A DNA stretch of 64,000 nt from Candidatus Omnitrophota bacterium (GCA_903901225.1 CAIUQE010000035.1:9249-73248); one strand, 5' to 3'; shown: positions 37,460-47,773, numbered from the stretch's first letter. Program-made: numbers and translations. Notes: a model not told the origin generated them from the sequence alone.

Positions 37460-38407
37460 ATGCCAAAAAATACGATGAAGGTGCTGGTCACCGGCGGAGC
37501 CGGATATCTCGGATCCGTGCTTGTGCCATTGCTGCTTGAGAAAGGGCACGCGGTCACCGTACTGGACAATTTCATGTACGGCCAGACGCCGCTTTTGGAG
37601 TTGTGCCATCACGAACAACTGACGATCGTGCGGGGTGACGCGCGGGACAAGGCGACGGTCGAGCGGCTGATGCGCGATGCCGACGCCGTATTTCCCCTGG
37701 CGTGCCTGACGGGCGCGCCGTTGTGCGCGAAGGACCCCGCGGGGGCGCGCGCGGTCATCCTGGACGCGGTTGTGATGGCGCTGGCGCTGGCCTCAAAGGA
37801 GCAGCGGGTCATTTTTCCGACGACCAACAGCGGTTACGGCATCGGGGAACAGGGGAAATTCTGCACGGAGAGCACACCCCTGCGGCCCATATCCCTTTAC
37901 GGCAGGCTCAAGGTGGACGCGGAGAAAGCGGTGCTCGACAGCGGCCACGGCATCACCCTGCGCCTGGCCACGGCTTTCGGCGCGAGCCCGCGCATGCGCC
38001 TGGACCTTCTTGTGAACGATTTTACGTATCGCGCCGTTAATGACCGTTTCATTATCCTTTTTGAGGCGCATTTCAAGAGGAATTTCATCCACACGCGCGA
38101 CGTGGCCAGGGCGTTCCTTCACGCGCTCGACAATTTTGCCGCGATGCGCAATGAACCTTACAATGTCGGATTATCCGACGCGAACCTGAGCAAGCTTGAG
38201 CTGTGCCAGGAAATAAAAAAACAGGTGCCGGATTTTTATTTCGTCGAGGCGGCCGTGGGTGAAGACCCAGACAAGCGCGATTATATCGTTTCGAACGCGA
38301 AGATCGAACGCGCGGGGTTCAGGCCCGCGGTGTCCTTGTCCGACGGGATCAAAGAGCTTGTCAAGGCATACCAGGTCATCCGGCGCAACCAGTTCGCGAA
38401 TATCTGA
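37460..38407 (+). CDS. NAD-dependent epimerase/dehydratase-family SDR
   Basis: VLVTGGAGYLGS Rossmann fold and a YGRLK catalytic dyad. Confidence 0.75.
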   Translation: MPKNTMKVLVTGGAGYLGSVLVPLLLEKGHAVTVLDNFMYGQTPLLELCHHEQLTIVRGDARDKATVERLMRDADAVFPLACLTGAPLCAKDPAGARAVILDAVVMALALASKEQRVIFPTTNSGYGIGEQGKFCTESTPLRPISLYGRLKVDAEKAVLDSGHGITLRLATAFGASPRMRLDLLVNDFTYRAVNDRFIILFEAHFKRNFIHTRDVARAFLHALDNFAAMRNEPYNVGLSDANLSKLELCQEIKKQVPDFYFVEAAVGEDPDKRDYIVSNAKIERAGFRPAVSLSDGIKELVKAYQVIRRNQFANI

Positions 38408-39645
38408 TGCTGACGGCCTTCATCAAGCCTAACGCGAAGATGGACCAGTACGGCAAGGTTGCCGGCCTTTCCGCGATCGAGCTGCCGGTGTGGCTTATGC
38501 TGTTCGCCCAGAGCGTGCCCGGGAGTGTCGTCGTGGACATGGAGGCCGAAGGGCTTGATCACGCCGGGCTGGTCGCGCGCCTGGGTTCTCTCAAGGCGGG
38601 CCGCGCGGTGGTCCTGGCCACAGGCTCGCATCCTTCGGCGCATGTCCAGCAGGCCGAAGCCGCGCAGGCCGTCCGTCGGGTGGTGGGCGAGGCTTTGGGC
38701 ATCACGACGGAGATCCATGACCGCCTGCCCTTTGACCCTTTAAAGGCCGGGCAGCTGGACCTTGCGCGTGTTCCGATGGTAAAGTACCGCGCGCATAACT
38801 GGCATGGGTGGGGGCGCGATGACCTGGCGTATGGCGCGACGTTCGCGAGCATTTCATGCCCTTTCCATTGTGATTTTTGTTGCGTGAAGGATTTTTACGG
38901 GTCAGGTTACCGTCAGAGGGATCCCGGTGCTGTTGTTGAGGATGTGCGCGCGCTTGTTGAGAATGGCGTGACGAACATCAAGATGATGGACGAGCTTTTT
39001 GCCATCGACAATCCCGGTGTCCATGCTGTTTGTGACGGCTTGGCGGCCAGCGGGCTGGCGGACAGGCTTAATATCTGGGCTTACGCCCGCATTGACACCG
39101 TGACACCGGTCCTTTTAAAGAAAATGCGCGCCGCCGGCATCCGTTGGCTCGCGTACGGGATCGAGTCAGGGAACGAGGCGATACGCGCTGGCGCGGCCAA
39201 GGGGGCATTCACGAACGCGCGCGTCCGTGACGTCGTGGCCATGACCAAAGCAGCCGGCATCCATGTTGTCGGGAATTTCATGTTCGGCTTCTGGGAGGAT
39301 GACAGCGTCACCATGCGCCAGACGCTGGATCTCGCGAAAGAACTGGCCTGCGAATACGCGAATTTTTATTGCGTGACGGCGTACCCGGGCAGCCGGTTCT
39401 ACGATGAGATGAAAGCCCGCGGGGTCGATCTTCCCGCGGCGGGCGCGGAATACGCGCAGATGAGCCCGCGTTTCAAGCCGGTGCCTTCGGCAAAGCTTTC
39501 GGGGCGGGACATCCTGGCGTTCAGGGACGCGGCATTCATGGAATATTTCACCGACGCGCAATATCTGGCCATGATGGCGCGTTCATTCGGGGACGGCACC
39601 GTGGCCGGTATTCGCGCCATGACAAAGATCAAGATCAGAGGATAA
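38407..39645 (+). CDS. B12-binding radical SAM protein (class B, probable C-methyltransferase)
   Basis: N-terminal cobalamin-binding-like domain followed by a CPFHCDFC (CxxxCxxC) radical SAM core. Confidence 0.75.
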   Translation: MLTAFIKPNAKMDQYGKVAGLSAIELPVWLMLFAQSVPGSVVVDMEAEGLDHAGLVARLGSLKAGRAVVLATGSHPSAHVQQAEAAQAVRRVVGEALGITTEIHDRLPFDPLKAGQLDLARVPMVKYRAHNWHGWGRDDLAYGATFASISCPFHCDFCCVKDFYGSGYRQRDPGAVVEDVRALVENGVTNIKMMDELFAIDNPGVHAVCDGLAASGLADRLNIWAYARIDTVTPVLLKKMRAAGIRWLAYGIESGNEAIRAGAAKGAFTNARVRDVVAMTKAAGIHVVGNFMFGFWEDDSVTMRQTLDLAKELACEYANFYCVTAYPGSRFYDEMKARGVDLPAAGAEYAQMSPRFKPVPSAKLSGRDILAFRDAAFMEYFTDAQYLAMMARSFGDGTVAGIRAMTKIKIRG

Positions 39646-39661
39646 CAGGAGTGAACGTGTC

Positions 39662-40660
39662 ATGATCATCAGCCGCACGCCTTTTCGCATTTCTTTCTTT
39701 GGCGGTGGGACGGACTATCCCCAGTGGTTCAAGGACCATCCGGGGGCTGTCCTGTCCACCACCATCGACAAGTATTGTTATATTACCGCGCGTTACCTGC
39801 CGCCTTTCTTTGAGCATCGTTCGCGCATCATTTATTCCAAAATGGAACATGTCCATAATATCGACGAGATCGATCATCCCTCAGTGCGCGAGACGCTGAG
39901 GTTTCTGGATATTTCCCGCGGCCTTGAGATCCACCATGACGGCGACCTTCCCGCGCGCACGGGCCTTGGCTCCAGTTCGGCATTCACTGTCGGGCTTTTG
40001 AACGCGCTTTACGCCCTCAAGGGTGTGATGCCCACGAAGACCCGCCTCGCGGAAGAAGCCATCCATATTGAGCAGGACATGATCAAGGAGAGCGTGGGCT
40101 GCCAGGACCAGGTCGCGGCCGCTGAGGGCGGATTGAACCACATCGAGTTCGGAGGCCCCGGGCATCTGAACGTGAACAAGGTCACGATCTCGCGGGAGAA
40201 CCTTATCACCTTGCAGAACCATATGATGCTTTTCTTTACCGGGATATCCCGTATTTCGTCGGCGATCGCCGTGCACCAGGTCCAGAACATCCCGCGGCTC
40301 AGCCGTGAGCTGGGGACCATGCACGCGCATGTCGCTGAAGCGCTGGCACGCCTGAACGCGGCGGATTTTAAGGGGTTCGGCAAGCTCCTGCACGAAAGCT
40401 GGTTGTGCAAGCGCTCCCTTTCGGACAGGATCACGACTCCTCAGGTCGATGATGTGTACGCCAAAGCATTGCGGGCGGGCGCTCTGGGCGGCAAACTGCT
40501 GGGCGCGGGCGGGGGCGGGTTCGTGCTCATTTACGCGGAGCCCGACAGGAAGCCGGCGGTCCGCAAGGCGCTGGAAGGGTTGCTTGAGGTCCCGTTCAGG
40601 TTCGAGACGCTGGGCAGCCAGATCATTTTCTACCAACCTTATGACGGGGTCGTGGCATGA
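39662..40660 (+). CDS. GHMP-family sugar kinase (HddA-like heptose-7-phosphate kinase)
   Basis: RISFFGGGTDYP N-terminus and the GHMP motif PARTGLGSSSA. Confidence 0.7.
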   Translation: MIISRTPFRISFFGGGTDYPQWFKDHPGAVLSTTIDKYCYITARYLPPFFEHRSRIIYSKMEHVHNIDEIDHPSVRETLRFLDISRGLEIHHDGDLPARTGLGSSSAFTVGLLNALYALKGVMPTKTRLAEEAIHIEQDMIKESVGCQDQVAAAEGGLNHIEFGGPGHLNVNKVTISRENLITLQNHMMLFFTGISRISSAIAVHQVQNIPRLSRELGTMHAHVAEALARLNAADFKGFGKLLHESWLCKRSLSDRITTPQVDDVYAKALRAGALGGKLLGAGGGGFVLIYAEPDRKPAVRKALEGLLEVPFRFETLGSQIIFYQPYDGVVA

Positions 40661-41370
40661 GCGCTGATGTCGGGAAAACGGATTTCCTTATCCTTTGCGG
40701 CGGGCTCGGCACGCGGCTGCGCTCCGTTACGGGCGGTGTGCCCAAGGTCATGGCCGAGGTCCAGGGTGAGCCGTTCCTGGATTTTTTATTGCGTTATCTC
40801 ATCAAACAGGGTGCCACACGCGTGATCCTTTGCGCGGGTTACAAGGCGGAATCGATCGCGGCGCATTACAAGGCCAAATTCAGCCAGTTGGACCTCCAGT
40901 TGTCGGTGGAACGGGAACCTTTGGGCACGGGCGGCGCCCTGAAGAATGCCGCGCCCCTGTTGAAATATGATCATGTTTTCGGCCTTAACGGCGATTGTTT
41001 CACTCCCGTGGATTATGCCGCTTTTCTTGGCGCCCATCTGGATAAAAAGGCGCTGGCCACCCTGGTCGGTGTCCGTGTCGAGGGCAACAAGGATTTCGGC
41101 ACTATCGTGAGCAATGACAAAGGAGATATCCTCGCGTTCAAAGAAAAGTTTGAGACCCGGGACGTGCAGTATATCAGCGCGGGCATTTATTGTTTCAACC
41201 GGGGGCTGTTTGAACGCATGCCGCCGGGGAAATTTTCCATCGAGTATGACTTTTTCCCGGGGATGATCGCCAACCGGTTCTATTGCCACAAGGTTGAGGC
41301 GCCTTTCATTGACATAGGGACGCCGGAGCGTTTTGCCTGGGCCCAGGAAAATCTCATGGGGATGCTATGA
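40657..41370 (+). CDS. sugar-1-phosphate nucleotidyltransferase (HddC-like)
   Basis: ILCGGLGTRLRSVTGGVPKV nucleotidyltransferase signature. Overlaps the kinase stop. Confidence 0.75.
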   Translation: MSADVGKTDFLILCGGLGTRLRSVTGGVPKVMAEVQGEPFLDFLLRYLIKQGATRVILCAGYKAESIAAHYKAKFSQLDLQLSVEREPLGTGGALKNAAPLLKYDHVFGLNGDCFTPVDYAAFLGAHLDKKALATLVGVRVEGNKDFGTIVSNDKGDILAFKEKFETRDVQYISAGIYCFNRGLFERMPPGKFSIEYDFFPGMIANRFYCHKVEAPFIDIGTPERFAWAQENLMGML

Positions 41371-42533
41371 TCCCGCGCGGCGAGGAGCAGAAGAAAGCGG
41401 ATTACAGGGTGCCTTTCGGGACGGTTTCCATAACGCCCAAAGCGCGCCGGCTCATCGATGCGGCGCTGGAAAGCGGCTGGGTGACCAAGGGAAAATATGT
41501 TAAAGAGTTCGAAGAGAAGTTCGCCGCCCTTTTTGGCGTGAAGCACGCGGTCGCGGTCTCCAGCGGCACGGACGCGGACGCGTTGGCGTGCGCGGCGCTT
41601 TATGATCTGGGCGCGCGGCGGGGGGATGAGGTCATCGTCCCCGCGTTGTCATTCGTGGCCACCGGCAACGCGGTTTTTCAGGCGGGACTGACGCCGGTCT
41701 TTGTGGATGTACGGAGGGACACTCTCAATATTGACGTGACGAAGATCGAGGCGAAGATCACCGCCCGCACGCGCGCGATCATGCCCGTGCACCTGATGGG
41801 CAAGCCCGCGGACATGGACGCGGTCAATGCTATTGCCCGCAAGCACGGGTTGAAGGTCATCGAGGACGCGGCCGAGGCGCACGGGGCCGAGTACCGCGGC
41901 CGGAAAGCGGGGGCTATGGGTGACATGTCCTGTTTCAGCCTTTATGCCGCCCATATCATCACGACGATCGAGGGGGGGATGGTCCTGACGGATGACGCGG
42001 CCATCGCTGAGGCCTTGATGTCGCTGCGCAATCACGGGATGACGGGAAAATTTACGTTTGAGCGGATCGGTTTTTCAGCTAAAATGAACGAACTTGAAGC
42101 CGCGGTGGGGCTTGGCAACATGGAGATATTCGCGGACATCCTCTCCCGCCGCCGCAGGAATATGCTTTATCTCATCGAAAAGTTCAAGCGGTTCGACAAG
42201 GTATTCATCACGCTGCGGGAAGAACCTTTTGAGAAGCTTGGCCCGCACGCTTTTTCCATTATCGTGAAAGAGGGGGCGCCTTTTACCAGGGATGAATTCG
42301 TGGCTGGCCTGGAGGCGAACGGCGTGGATTCGAGGAACCTTTTTTATTCCATGCCGACGCAGTGCCCGGGTTACGCGTTCCTGGGTCACAGGCGCGGTGA
42401 TTTTCCCGAGGCTGAATATTGCAGTGACCACGGGACCCATATCGGGATCCATCAGGATATAGGGATCGAACAGCTCGACCATGTGGTCGGTGTCGTGGAA
42501 AAGTTCCTCAAGAGTAAAGGGGTGAATTATTAA
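41367..42533 (+). CDS. DegT/DnrJ/EryC1-family PLP/PMP enzyme, His-for-Lys variant (ColD/E1-like sugar 3-dehydratase candidate)
   Basis: DegT fold. The Schiff-base Lys position reads FSLYAAHIITTIEGG (Ala/His), unlike the paralogue at 55550 (FYPTKGLGAWGDGG). Confidence 0.6.
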   Translation: MIPRGEEQKKADYRVPFGTVSITPKARRLIDAALESGWVTKGKYVKEFEEKFAALFGVKHAVAVSSGTDADALACAALYDLGARRGDEVIVPALSFVATGNAVFQAGLTPVFVDVRRDTLNIDVTKIEAKITARTRAIMPVHLMGKPADMDAVNAIARKHGLKVIEDAAEAHGAEYRGRKAGAMGDMSCFSLYAAHIITTIEGGMVLTDDAAIAEALMSLRNHGMTGKFTFERIGFSAKMNELEAAVGLGNMEIFADILSRRRRNMLYLIEKFKRFDKVFITLREEPFEKLGPHAFSIIVKEGAPFTRDEFVAGLEANGVDSRNLFYSMPTQCPGYAFLGHRRGDFPEAEYCSDHGTHIGIHQDIGIEQLDHVVGVVEKFLKSKGVNY

Positions 42534-42546
42534 AGAATATCTCCGG

Positions 42547-44325
42547 ATGATCCATTTGGCGCGCAGGAACCTGCATTATCTGGCGGGAGGCATCCTGTGC
42601 ATGATGGCGTCGACCCTTTTTGAAGGCGTGCAGTTCGGCGCGATCGTGCCGCTGGCGGACCGCATCTTCACCAACAAGCTCATCGTCCTGCCGACGGGCA
42701 TGCCGCCTTATGTGGCAGAGTGGGCGGCCAGGCTTAATGCGATCGACCGTAACCAGATCTTTTACGGCATCATTTTCATGATCCCGTTCTTTTTTCTTCT
42801 CAAGGGCATATTTTCTTACGCCCAGGGGTACTTCATGAACGAGGTCGGTCAGAAATCCGTATCCGACGTGAGGGCTGACCTTTTTCGCAAATACCAGGAA
42901 CTGTCCCTTGATTTTTACAGCCAGAAGCGCCAGGGAGAGCTCATGTCGCGCATCACCAATGACGCGGGGTTCATCGGTAACGCCATTTCCTACGGCATGA
43001 CGGACATGGTGTACCAGTCGTTTTTGGCGATCATGTTCGCCGTGATCGCCTTCGCGATCAGCTGGCAGATGGTCCTGATCGTCCTGCTTGTTTTCCCCAT
43101 CAACGGCTTTCTTATTTACGCGATCGGCAAGACCATCAAGAAGCAGTCCATTTATTCCCAGGAATCCATGGCGGACCTCAATTCGATCCTCGCGGAGACG
43201 AATCAGGGCGTTGCCATCGTCAAGGCGTTCTCCCGCGAGAACCACGAGATCGATCGTTTTGACGTGATCAACAAGCGCTATTACAAGGCGATCATCAAGG
43301 GGATCAGGCGCAACCTTCTCCTGGCCCCGGTGAGCGAATTGCTGGCATCGATCGCGGTTGTCATCGTGTTCTGGATCGGCGGCCGTTCTGTCCTCGAAGG
43401 CAAGATGTCCTTTGGCGTGTTCGCGCTTTTTCTGACATCGCTCATCAGCATCCTGCGGCCGATCAAGAAACTGACCGGCGTGTACGGCATCAACCAGCAG
43501 GCGCTGGCGTCCACCAAAAGGCTTTATGATATCCTTGACTGGAAGCCGCTCATTGTGGACGCGCCATCCGCGGTGGCATGCCTTCCGCCTGAAAAATACA
43601 TCCGTTTTCACGACGTGTCCTTTAAATACGAGAAAGCCGAAGAGCGCTGGATCATCAAGAATTTCTCCCACGATTTCGAGATCGGCAAGACCACGGCCCT
43701 GGTGGGCCCCACCGGCTGCGGGAAGACCACGATCATGAACATGATCCTGCGTTTTTATGACCCGGACAAGGGAGTTATTCTTTTTGACGATCAGGACATC
43801 AAGCAGGTGACGGTCAATTCATTGCGCAAGAACGTGGGGCTCGTGACGCAGGACATGATCCTGTTCAACGAGACCATTCGCGAGAACCTGCGTTACGGCA
43901 AGCTGGACGCGACGGACCAGGAGATCAATGACGCGGCGCGCCGCGCGCTGGCCTGGGAGTTCATCGAGCGGATGCCCAACGGCCTGGAGACGGTCATCGG
44001 TGACCGCGGGTTCAAGCTTTCCGGCGGGCAGAAACAGCGGCTGTGCATCGCCCGTGCCATCCTGAAGAATCCAAAGATACTGCTTCTGGACGAGGCGACC
44101 TCCGCGCTTGATTCGGAATCGGAATATTTTGTCCAGCAGGCGCTGGACAACCTGATGAAGGACCGCACGGTCGTCGTGATCGCCCACAGGCTTTCGACCA
44201 TACGCCATGCCTCGTGCATCCTGGTGATGGATCAGGGCCGCATCATCGAGAAAGGCATACACGACGATCTGATGACGTCTTCCGAGCTTTACGCGCGGCT
44301 GGCGAGTTATCATTTCAACCAGTGA
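42547..44325 (+). CDS. ABC transporter permease/ATPase fusion, MsbA-like lipid/glycolipid exporter
   Basis: Six-TM domain followed by an NBD (GPTGCGKTT, LSGGQKQR, LLLDEATSALD). Confidence 0.8.
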   Translation: MIHLARRNLHYLAGGILCMMASTLFEGVQFGAIVPLADRIFTNKLIVLPTGMPPYVAEWAARLNAIDRNQIFYGIIFMIPFFFLLKGIFSYAQGYFMNEVGQKSVSDVRADLFRKYQELSLDFYSQKRQGELMSRITNDAGFIGNAISYGMTDMVYQSFLAIMFAVIAFAISWQMVLIVLLVFPINGFLIYAIGKTIKKQSIYSQESMADLNSILAETNQGVAIVKAFSRENHEIDRFDVINKRYYKAIIKGIRRNLLLAPVSELLASIAVVIVFWIGGRSVLEGKMSFGVFALFLTSLISILRPIKKLTGVYGINQQALASTKRLYDILDWKPLIVDAPSAVACLPPEKYIRFHDVSFKYEKAEERWIIKNFSHDFEIGKTTALVGPTGCGKTTIMNMILRFYDPDKGVILFDDQDIKQVTVNSLRKNVGLVTQDMILFNETIRENLRYGKLDATDQEINDAARRALAWEFIERMPNGLETVIGDRGFKLSGGQKQRLCIARAILKNPKILLLDEATSALDSESEYFVQQALDNLMKDRTVVVIAHRLSTIRHASCILVMDQGRIIEKGIHDDLMTSSELYARLASYHFNQ

Positions 44326-44333
44326 CGGCCGCG

Positions 44334-45293
44334 ATGAAAAAGATCCTGGCCGTCAGAAACGACCGTTTCGGCGAGTTCCTGCTGAATATCCCGGCATTGC
44401 GGGCGATCAAGGAAACTTATCCCACGGCCGAATTGCATGTGATGGTCGCGCCCGCGGTCGTGGAATTGGCCCGGGCGGTTCCGTTCATTGACAAGATCCT
44501 CGAGCGGCCCTTCGGGCGCCGCGCTTGGGGTGAAGATATCGCGCTGGTCTGGCAGTTGCGGCGCGAACACTATGACGCCGCGATCGTCCTCAACCCGACG
44601 CGGGAAGCGCATCATATTGTTTTTTGGGCCGGTATCCCGTGCCGTATCGGTTACGCGCGCAAGCATCCCTTTTTGCTCAATCGCACCCTGCCCGATAAAA
44701 AACACCTGGGCCTGCGCCACGAGGTGGAGTATAACCTTGAACTCGTTGCCTTGATCGGCGCGGCGACGCAGGATCGTTCTTTGGAGCTGGCGATCCCGGC
44801 TGAGGTCCAAGCCGCGGTTGCCGCCAAATTCGGGATAACGCCCGGCAGTATTGCCGTCCATCCCTGGACGAGCGATCCCGTCAAGCAGTGGCCGCTGGAA
44901 AGGTTCACAGAGTTGGTACGGCGTCTGGCTGAAAAGGAAACCGGCAAGGTCATCATTATCGGTCGACCCGAGCCCTGGCAGATTAGTATTCCCTCCCCCC
45001 GGTGGGGAGGGGTAGGGGAGGGGGGTCGTAACATCCTCGACCTAAGCGGCCGCACAACCCTCCTCGAAACCGCCGCCATCCTGAAGCAATGCCGTTGCCT
45101 CGTGTCGTGCGACAGCGGCCCGGTCCATTTGGCCGCGGCCGTGGGCGCGCGCACCGTGGCGCTTTTTCGCAACGACATACCCGGGAAAAACCCCGAGCGC
45201 TGGGGGCCATGGGGCACGGGCGCGGGGCATGTTGTTGTTCAGGCTGCCGGCGTGGACCGGATCACGGTCGAGGATGTGGCGGGTAAGATTTGA
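44334..45293 (+). CDS. glycosyltransferase family 9 (heptosyltransferase-like)
   Basis: GT9 C-terminal motif LVSCDSGPVHLAAAVGARTVALF. Start taken at MKKILAVRND. Confidence 0.7.
   Translation: MKKILAVRNDRFGEFLLNIPALRAIKETYPTAELHVMVAPAVVELARAVPFIDKILERPFGRRAWGEDIALVWQLRREHYDAAIVLNPTREAHHIVFWAGIPCRIGYARKHPFLLNRTLPDKKHLGLRHEVEYNLELVALIGAATQDRSLELAIPAEVQAAVAAKFGITPGSIAVHPWTSDPVKQWPLERFTELVRRLAEKETGKVIIIGRPEPWQISIPSPRWGGVGEGGRNILDLSGRTTLLETAAILKQCRCLVSCDSGPVHLAAAVGARTVALFRNDIPGKNPERWGPWGTGAGHVVVQAAGVDRITVEDVAGKI
45004..45025 (+). repeat. G-quadruplex motif GGGGAGGGGTAGGGGAGGGGGG preceded by complementary CCCTCCCCCC (inside the GT9 CDS)
   Basis: Four G-tracts of at least 4 nt with 1-2 nt loops. 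Encodes a Gly-rich insertion (PRWGGVGEGGR). Confidence 0.5.
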
Positions 45294-45345
45294 CGGGCCG
45301 CGGGTTACGACTTGGATGTCGGATAAATGCATGTTTGGAGGGGGC

Positions 45346-46200
45346 ATGGAAGATTTGAAACAGTGCGCTGTATGCCAAAGTAAGAGCCTTGCTGTTTTTG
45401 ATAAAACTGGCCATATTAAAATTTGCAAAGAATGCGGGTATAAATTTACAAGTCCGCGGATTGCGACGACGAAAGAAATTTCCGATATGGATCAGAAATA
45501 TGAGCGGGAATTTATAAAGGGTTTTGATCCTGCCCGGGCAGAGCATTTATATTTAAGGCGCGTGGGATTGGTCCGGAAATACCTTTCTCGCGGGGCGATC
45601 CTTGACGTCGGCGCTGGCCCGGGGACTTTTTTATATTTCCTGAAGGCGGCAGGCAACTACCAGTTGCATGGGACCGAAGTTTCACAAGCGTGTGTTGCCT
45701 GCGCAAAGAATGGTCTGGGTGTTTTGTTGGACCAGGGCATATTGGAAGCGATCAGGTATCCTGACGCGTCTTTCGACGGGGTGGTTTTGCTCCATGTGTT
45801 TGAGCATTTGCCGGACCCGGTAGTTACGTTGCGGGAAATTGCGCGGATCCTGAAACCCGGCGGGTTTGTTTTCATTGCTGTTCCGAATGATTCGCTTTTA
45901 GGGCGCAAGGGGTATTTAAGATACGCGCTTCAGAAGTTTGTCGGGATGAGGAAGAAACTGATGTATCCTGATTATGTGAAGGAAGGCAATTGGCACCTTT
46001 CGCATTTCACGCCATCTGTTTTACGCAAGACTTTGGAAGTGGCCGGGTTCTCCGTTAAAGAGGCGACGGTGGATGATGCCTGGGGGGATATTGTCAAGCC
46101 CTGGCATAAGCGGGGCCGACTTACGTTGGCATTGTTGATGAACAAGATATTCGGTTGTATTCTTTATGATGCTCAATTCTTTGTCGGACAGAAAATTTAA
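45346..46200 (+). CDS. class I SAM-dependent methyltransferase with N-terminal zinc ribbon
   Basis: CxxC...CxxC ribbon, then motif I LDVGAGPG and VLLHVFEHL. Start chosen at the Met with a GGAGGG SD. Confidence 0.65.
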   Translation: MEDLKQCAVCQSKSLAVFDKTGHIKICKECGYKFTSPRIATTKEISDMDQKYEREFIKGFDPARAEHLYLRRVGLVRKYLSRGAILDVGAGPGTFLYFLKAAGNYQLHGTEVSQACVACAKNGLGVLLDQGILEAIRYPDASFDGVVLLHVFEHLPDPVVTLREIARILKPGGFVFIAVPNDSLLGRKGYLRYALQKFVGMRKKLMYPDYVKEGNWHLSHFTPSVLRKTLEVAGFSVKEATVDDAWGDIVKPWHKRGRLTLALLMNKIFGCILYDAQFFVGQKI

Positions 46201-46270
46201 AGGCTCCGGCATGAAAAGACTCGACGTGAGTTGTTCAAGGGACAAAGTCAAGGGTTCCGTGCAGGGAGCG

Positions 46271-47050
46271 ATGCCAAAAATATCCGTTGTTATCATTACA
46301 AAGAATGAAGAACCGCGTATCAGGAAAGCGTTGGCGTCTGTGCGTTCATTCGCCGATGAAATTGTTGTTGTCGACGATATGTCCACGGACTGTACGCGTG
46401 AGATCGCGGCGCGGGAGTTCCAGGCTAAAGTTTTTCAGCGGCCGCTGGAAAAGGATTTTGCCGCCCAGCGTAATTTCGGCGCCCAACAGGCGTCATCCGC
46501 GTGGATTTTTCCCATGGATGCCGACGAGTTCATTTCCGATGCGGTGGGCGCCAGGATCAGGGAGGCGATCGGGGCCGCGGGTGACACGGCGGCCTTTGAG
46601 TTGCGGCGCCTGAATTATTTTGTCGGAAGTCCTATTCGCCACGCCGGCGCGTATGGTTATTACGTCAGGCTTTACCGGAAAGACTGCGTCGCTTACCATG
46701 GCCCCGTGCATGAACAACTTGAGGTCAGGGGAGTTGTTAGCCGTATCGACGGAGATATCTGTCATTATCCTTTTGAAACATTGGCACCATTCTTTGATAA
46801 GGCTGTCCGTTACGCCGAACAGGAGGCCGAGCTTTATTGCCAGGCGCGGCCCCATGTCAGCGCGAAAGAGATCCGTTACCATTTGACGTGGAGGCCTTTG
46901 AAAACATTCTGGAAGATCTATGTCAGAAAAAAAGGGTACAGGGACGGTTTGCCCGGGCTTGTCTGGTGTGTCGGCAATGTCATCGGCCCGCTGATCAAAT
47001 GGATGAAGATCTGGGAGAAGGCGGAGCGGTCCGGGTTGCTGGCGCCTTGA
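46271..47050 (+). CDS. glycosyltransferase family 2
   Basis: ISVVIITKNEE...VVVDDMSTD GT-A motifs. Paralogue of the 56647 gene. Confidence 0.7.
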   Translation: MPKISVVIITKNEEPRIRKALASVRSFADEIVVVDDMSTDCTREIAAREFQAKVFQRPLEKDFAAQRNFGAQQASSAWIFPMDADEFISDAVGARIREAIGAAGDTAAFELRRLNYFVGSPIRHAGAYGYYVRLYRKDCVAYHGPVHEQLEVRGVVSRIDGDICHYPFETLAPFFDKAVRYAEQEAELYCQARPHVSAKEIRYHLTWRPLKTFWKIYVRKKGYRDGLPGLVWCVGNVIGPLIKWMKIWEKAERSGLLAP

Positions 47051-47059
47051 AAGGAAACA

Positions 47060-47773
47060 ATGGAAGATAATGCACGCGCGTATCACATCAATGAGCCGGT
47101 CTTTGTCCGGACAAAAAAGAAGTTCAATTTCGGTAAACTTGCGTATGAAAGATACGTGAAGGCGGTATTCATCAATGAACGGATCATTGAGTTGCCGTTC
47201 GTTATTCAGGGGCTCGCTTCACTCAAGCGGGGAGCAGCTGTCCTCGATGTGGGGTGTATGGAAAGCCTGTTGCCGATGCAACTCGCCGGGCTGGGTTATC
47301 ATGTGACAGGCCTGGATTTCAGGAAATACCCTTTCTTTTTCCCTGGCCTTGATCTTGTCCAGGCGGATGCGACAAAAATGCCGTTGGTCGACCGGTCATT
47401 TGACGCGGTGACGTGCGTTTCAATGATCGAACATGTGGGGCTTGGTCATTATCAGGACCCTTGCCATCATCCTGATGCCGATGCGGACGTTGTCCGTGAA
47501 TTTGAGCGTGTGTTGAAGCCGGGGGGGCTCCTGTTATTGTCAGTGCCTTTTGGTGTCCTGACAACAGGGGTGGTTCAGCGGACGTATGACGCGGCGCGCC
47601 TCAAGAAAGCGCTTGGCGCTTTCCTTGTTGAGGAAAAAAGATATTATATCCAGCGCCGTGACCAACAGCATCTGAATGATTTTTGGCAGGAATGCGACGA
47701 GCCGGAAGCTTCCGGAGTACAGGCTGTTGATAAAACGGCGTGCGTGTGCCTGATAAAAGCCAGGAAGCCGTGA
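47060..47773 (+). CDS. class I SAM-dependent methyltransferase (DUF268-like)
   Basis: AAVLDVGCMES motif I and downstream methyltransferase motifs. Confidence 0.6.
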   Translation: MEDNARAYHINEPVFVRTKKKFNFGKLAYERYVKAVFINERIIELPFVIQGLASLKRGAAVLDVGCMESLLPMQLAGLGYHVTGLDFRKYPFFFPGLDLVQADATKMPLVDRSFDAVTCVSMIEHVGLGHYQDPCHHPDADADVVREFERVLKPGGLLLLSVPFGVLTTGVVQRTYDAARLKKALGAFLVEEKRYYIQRRDQQHLNDFWQECDEPEASGVQAVDKTACVCLIKARKP

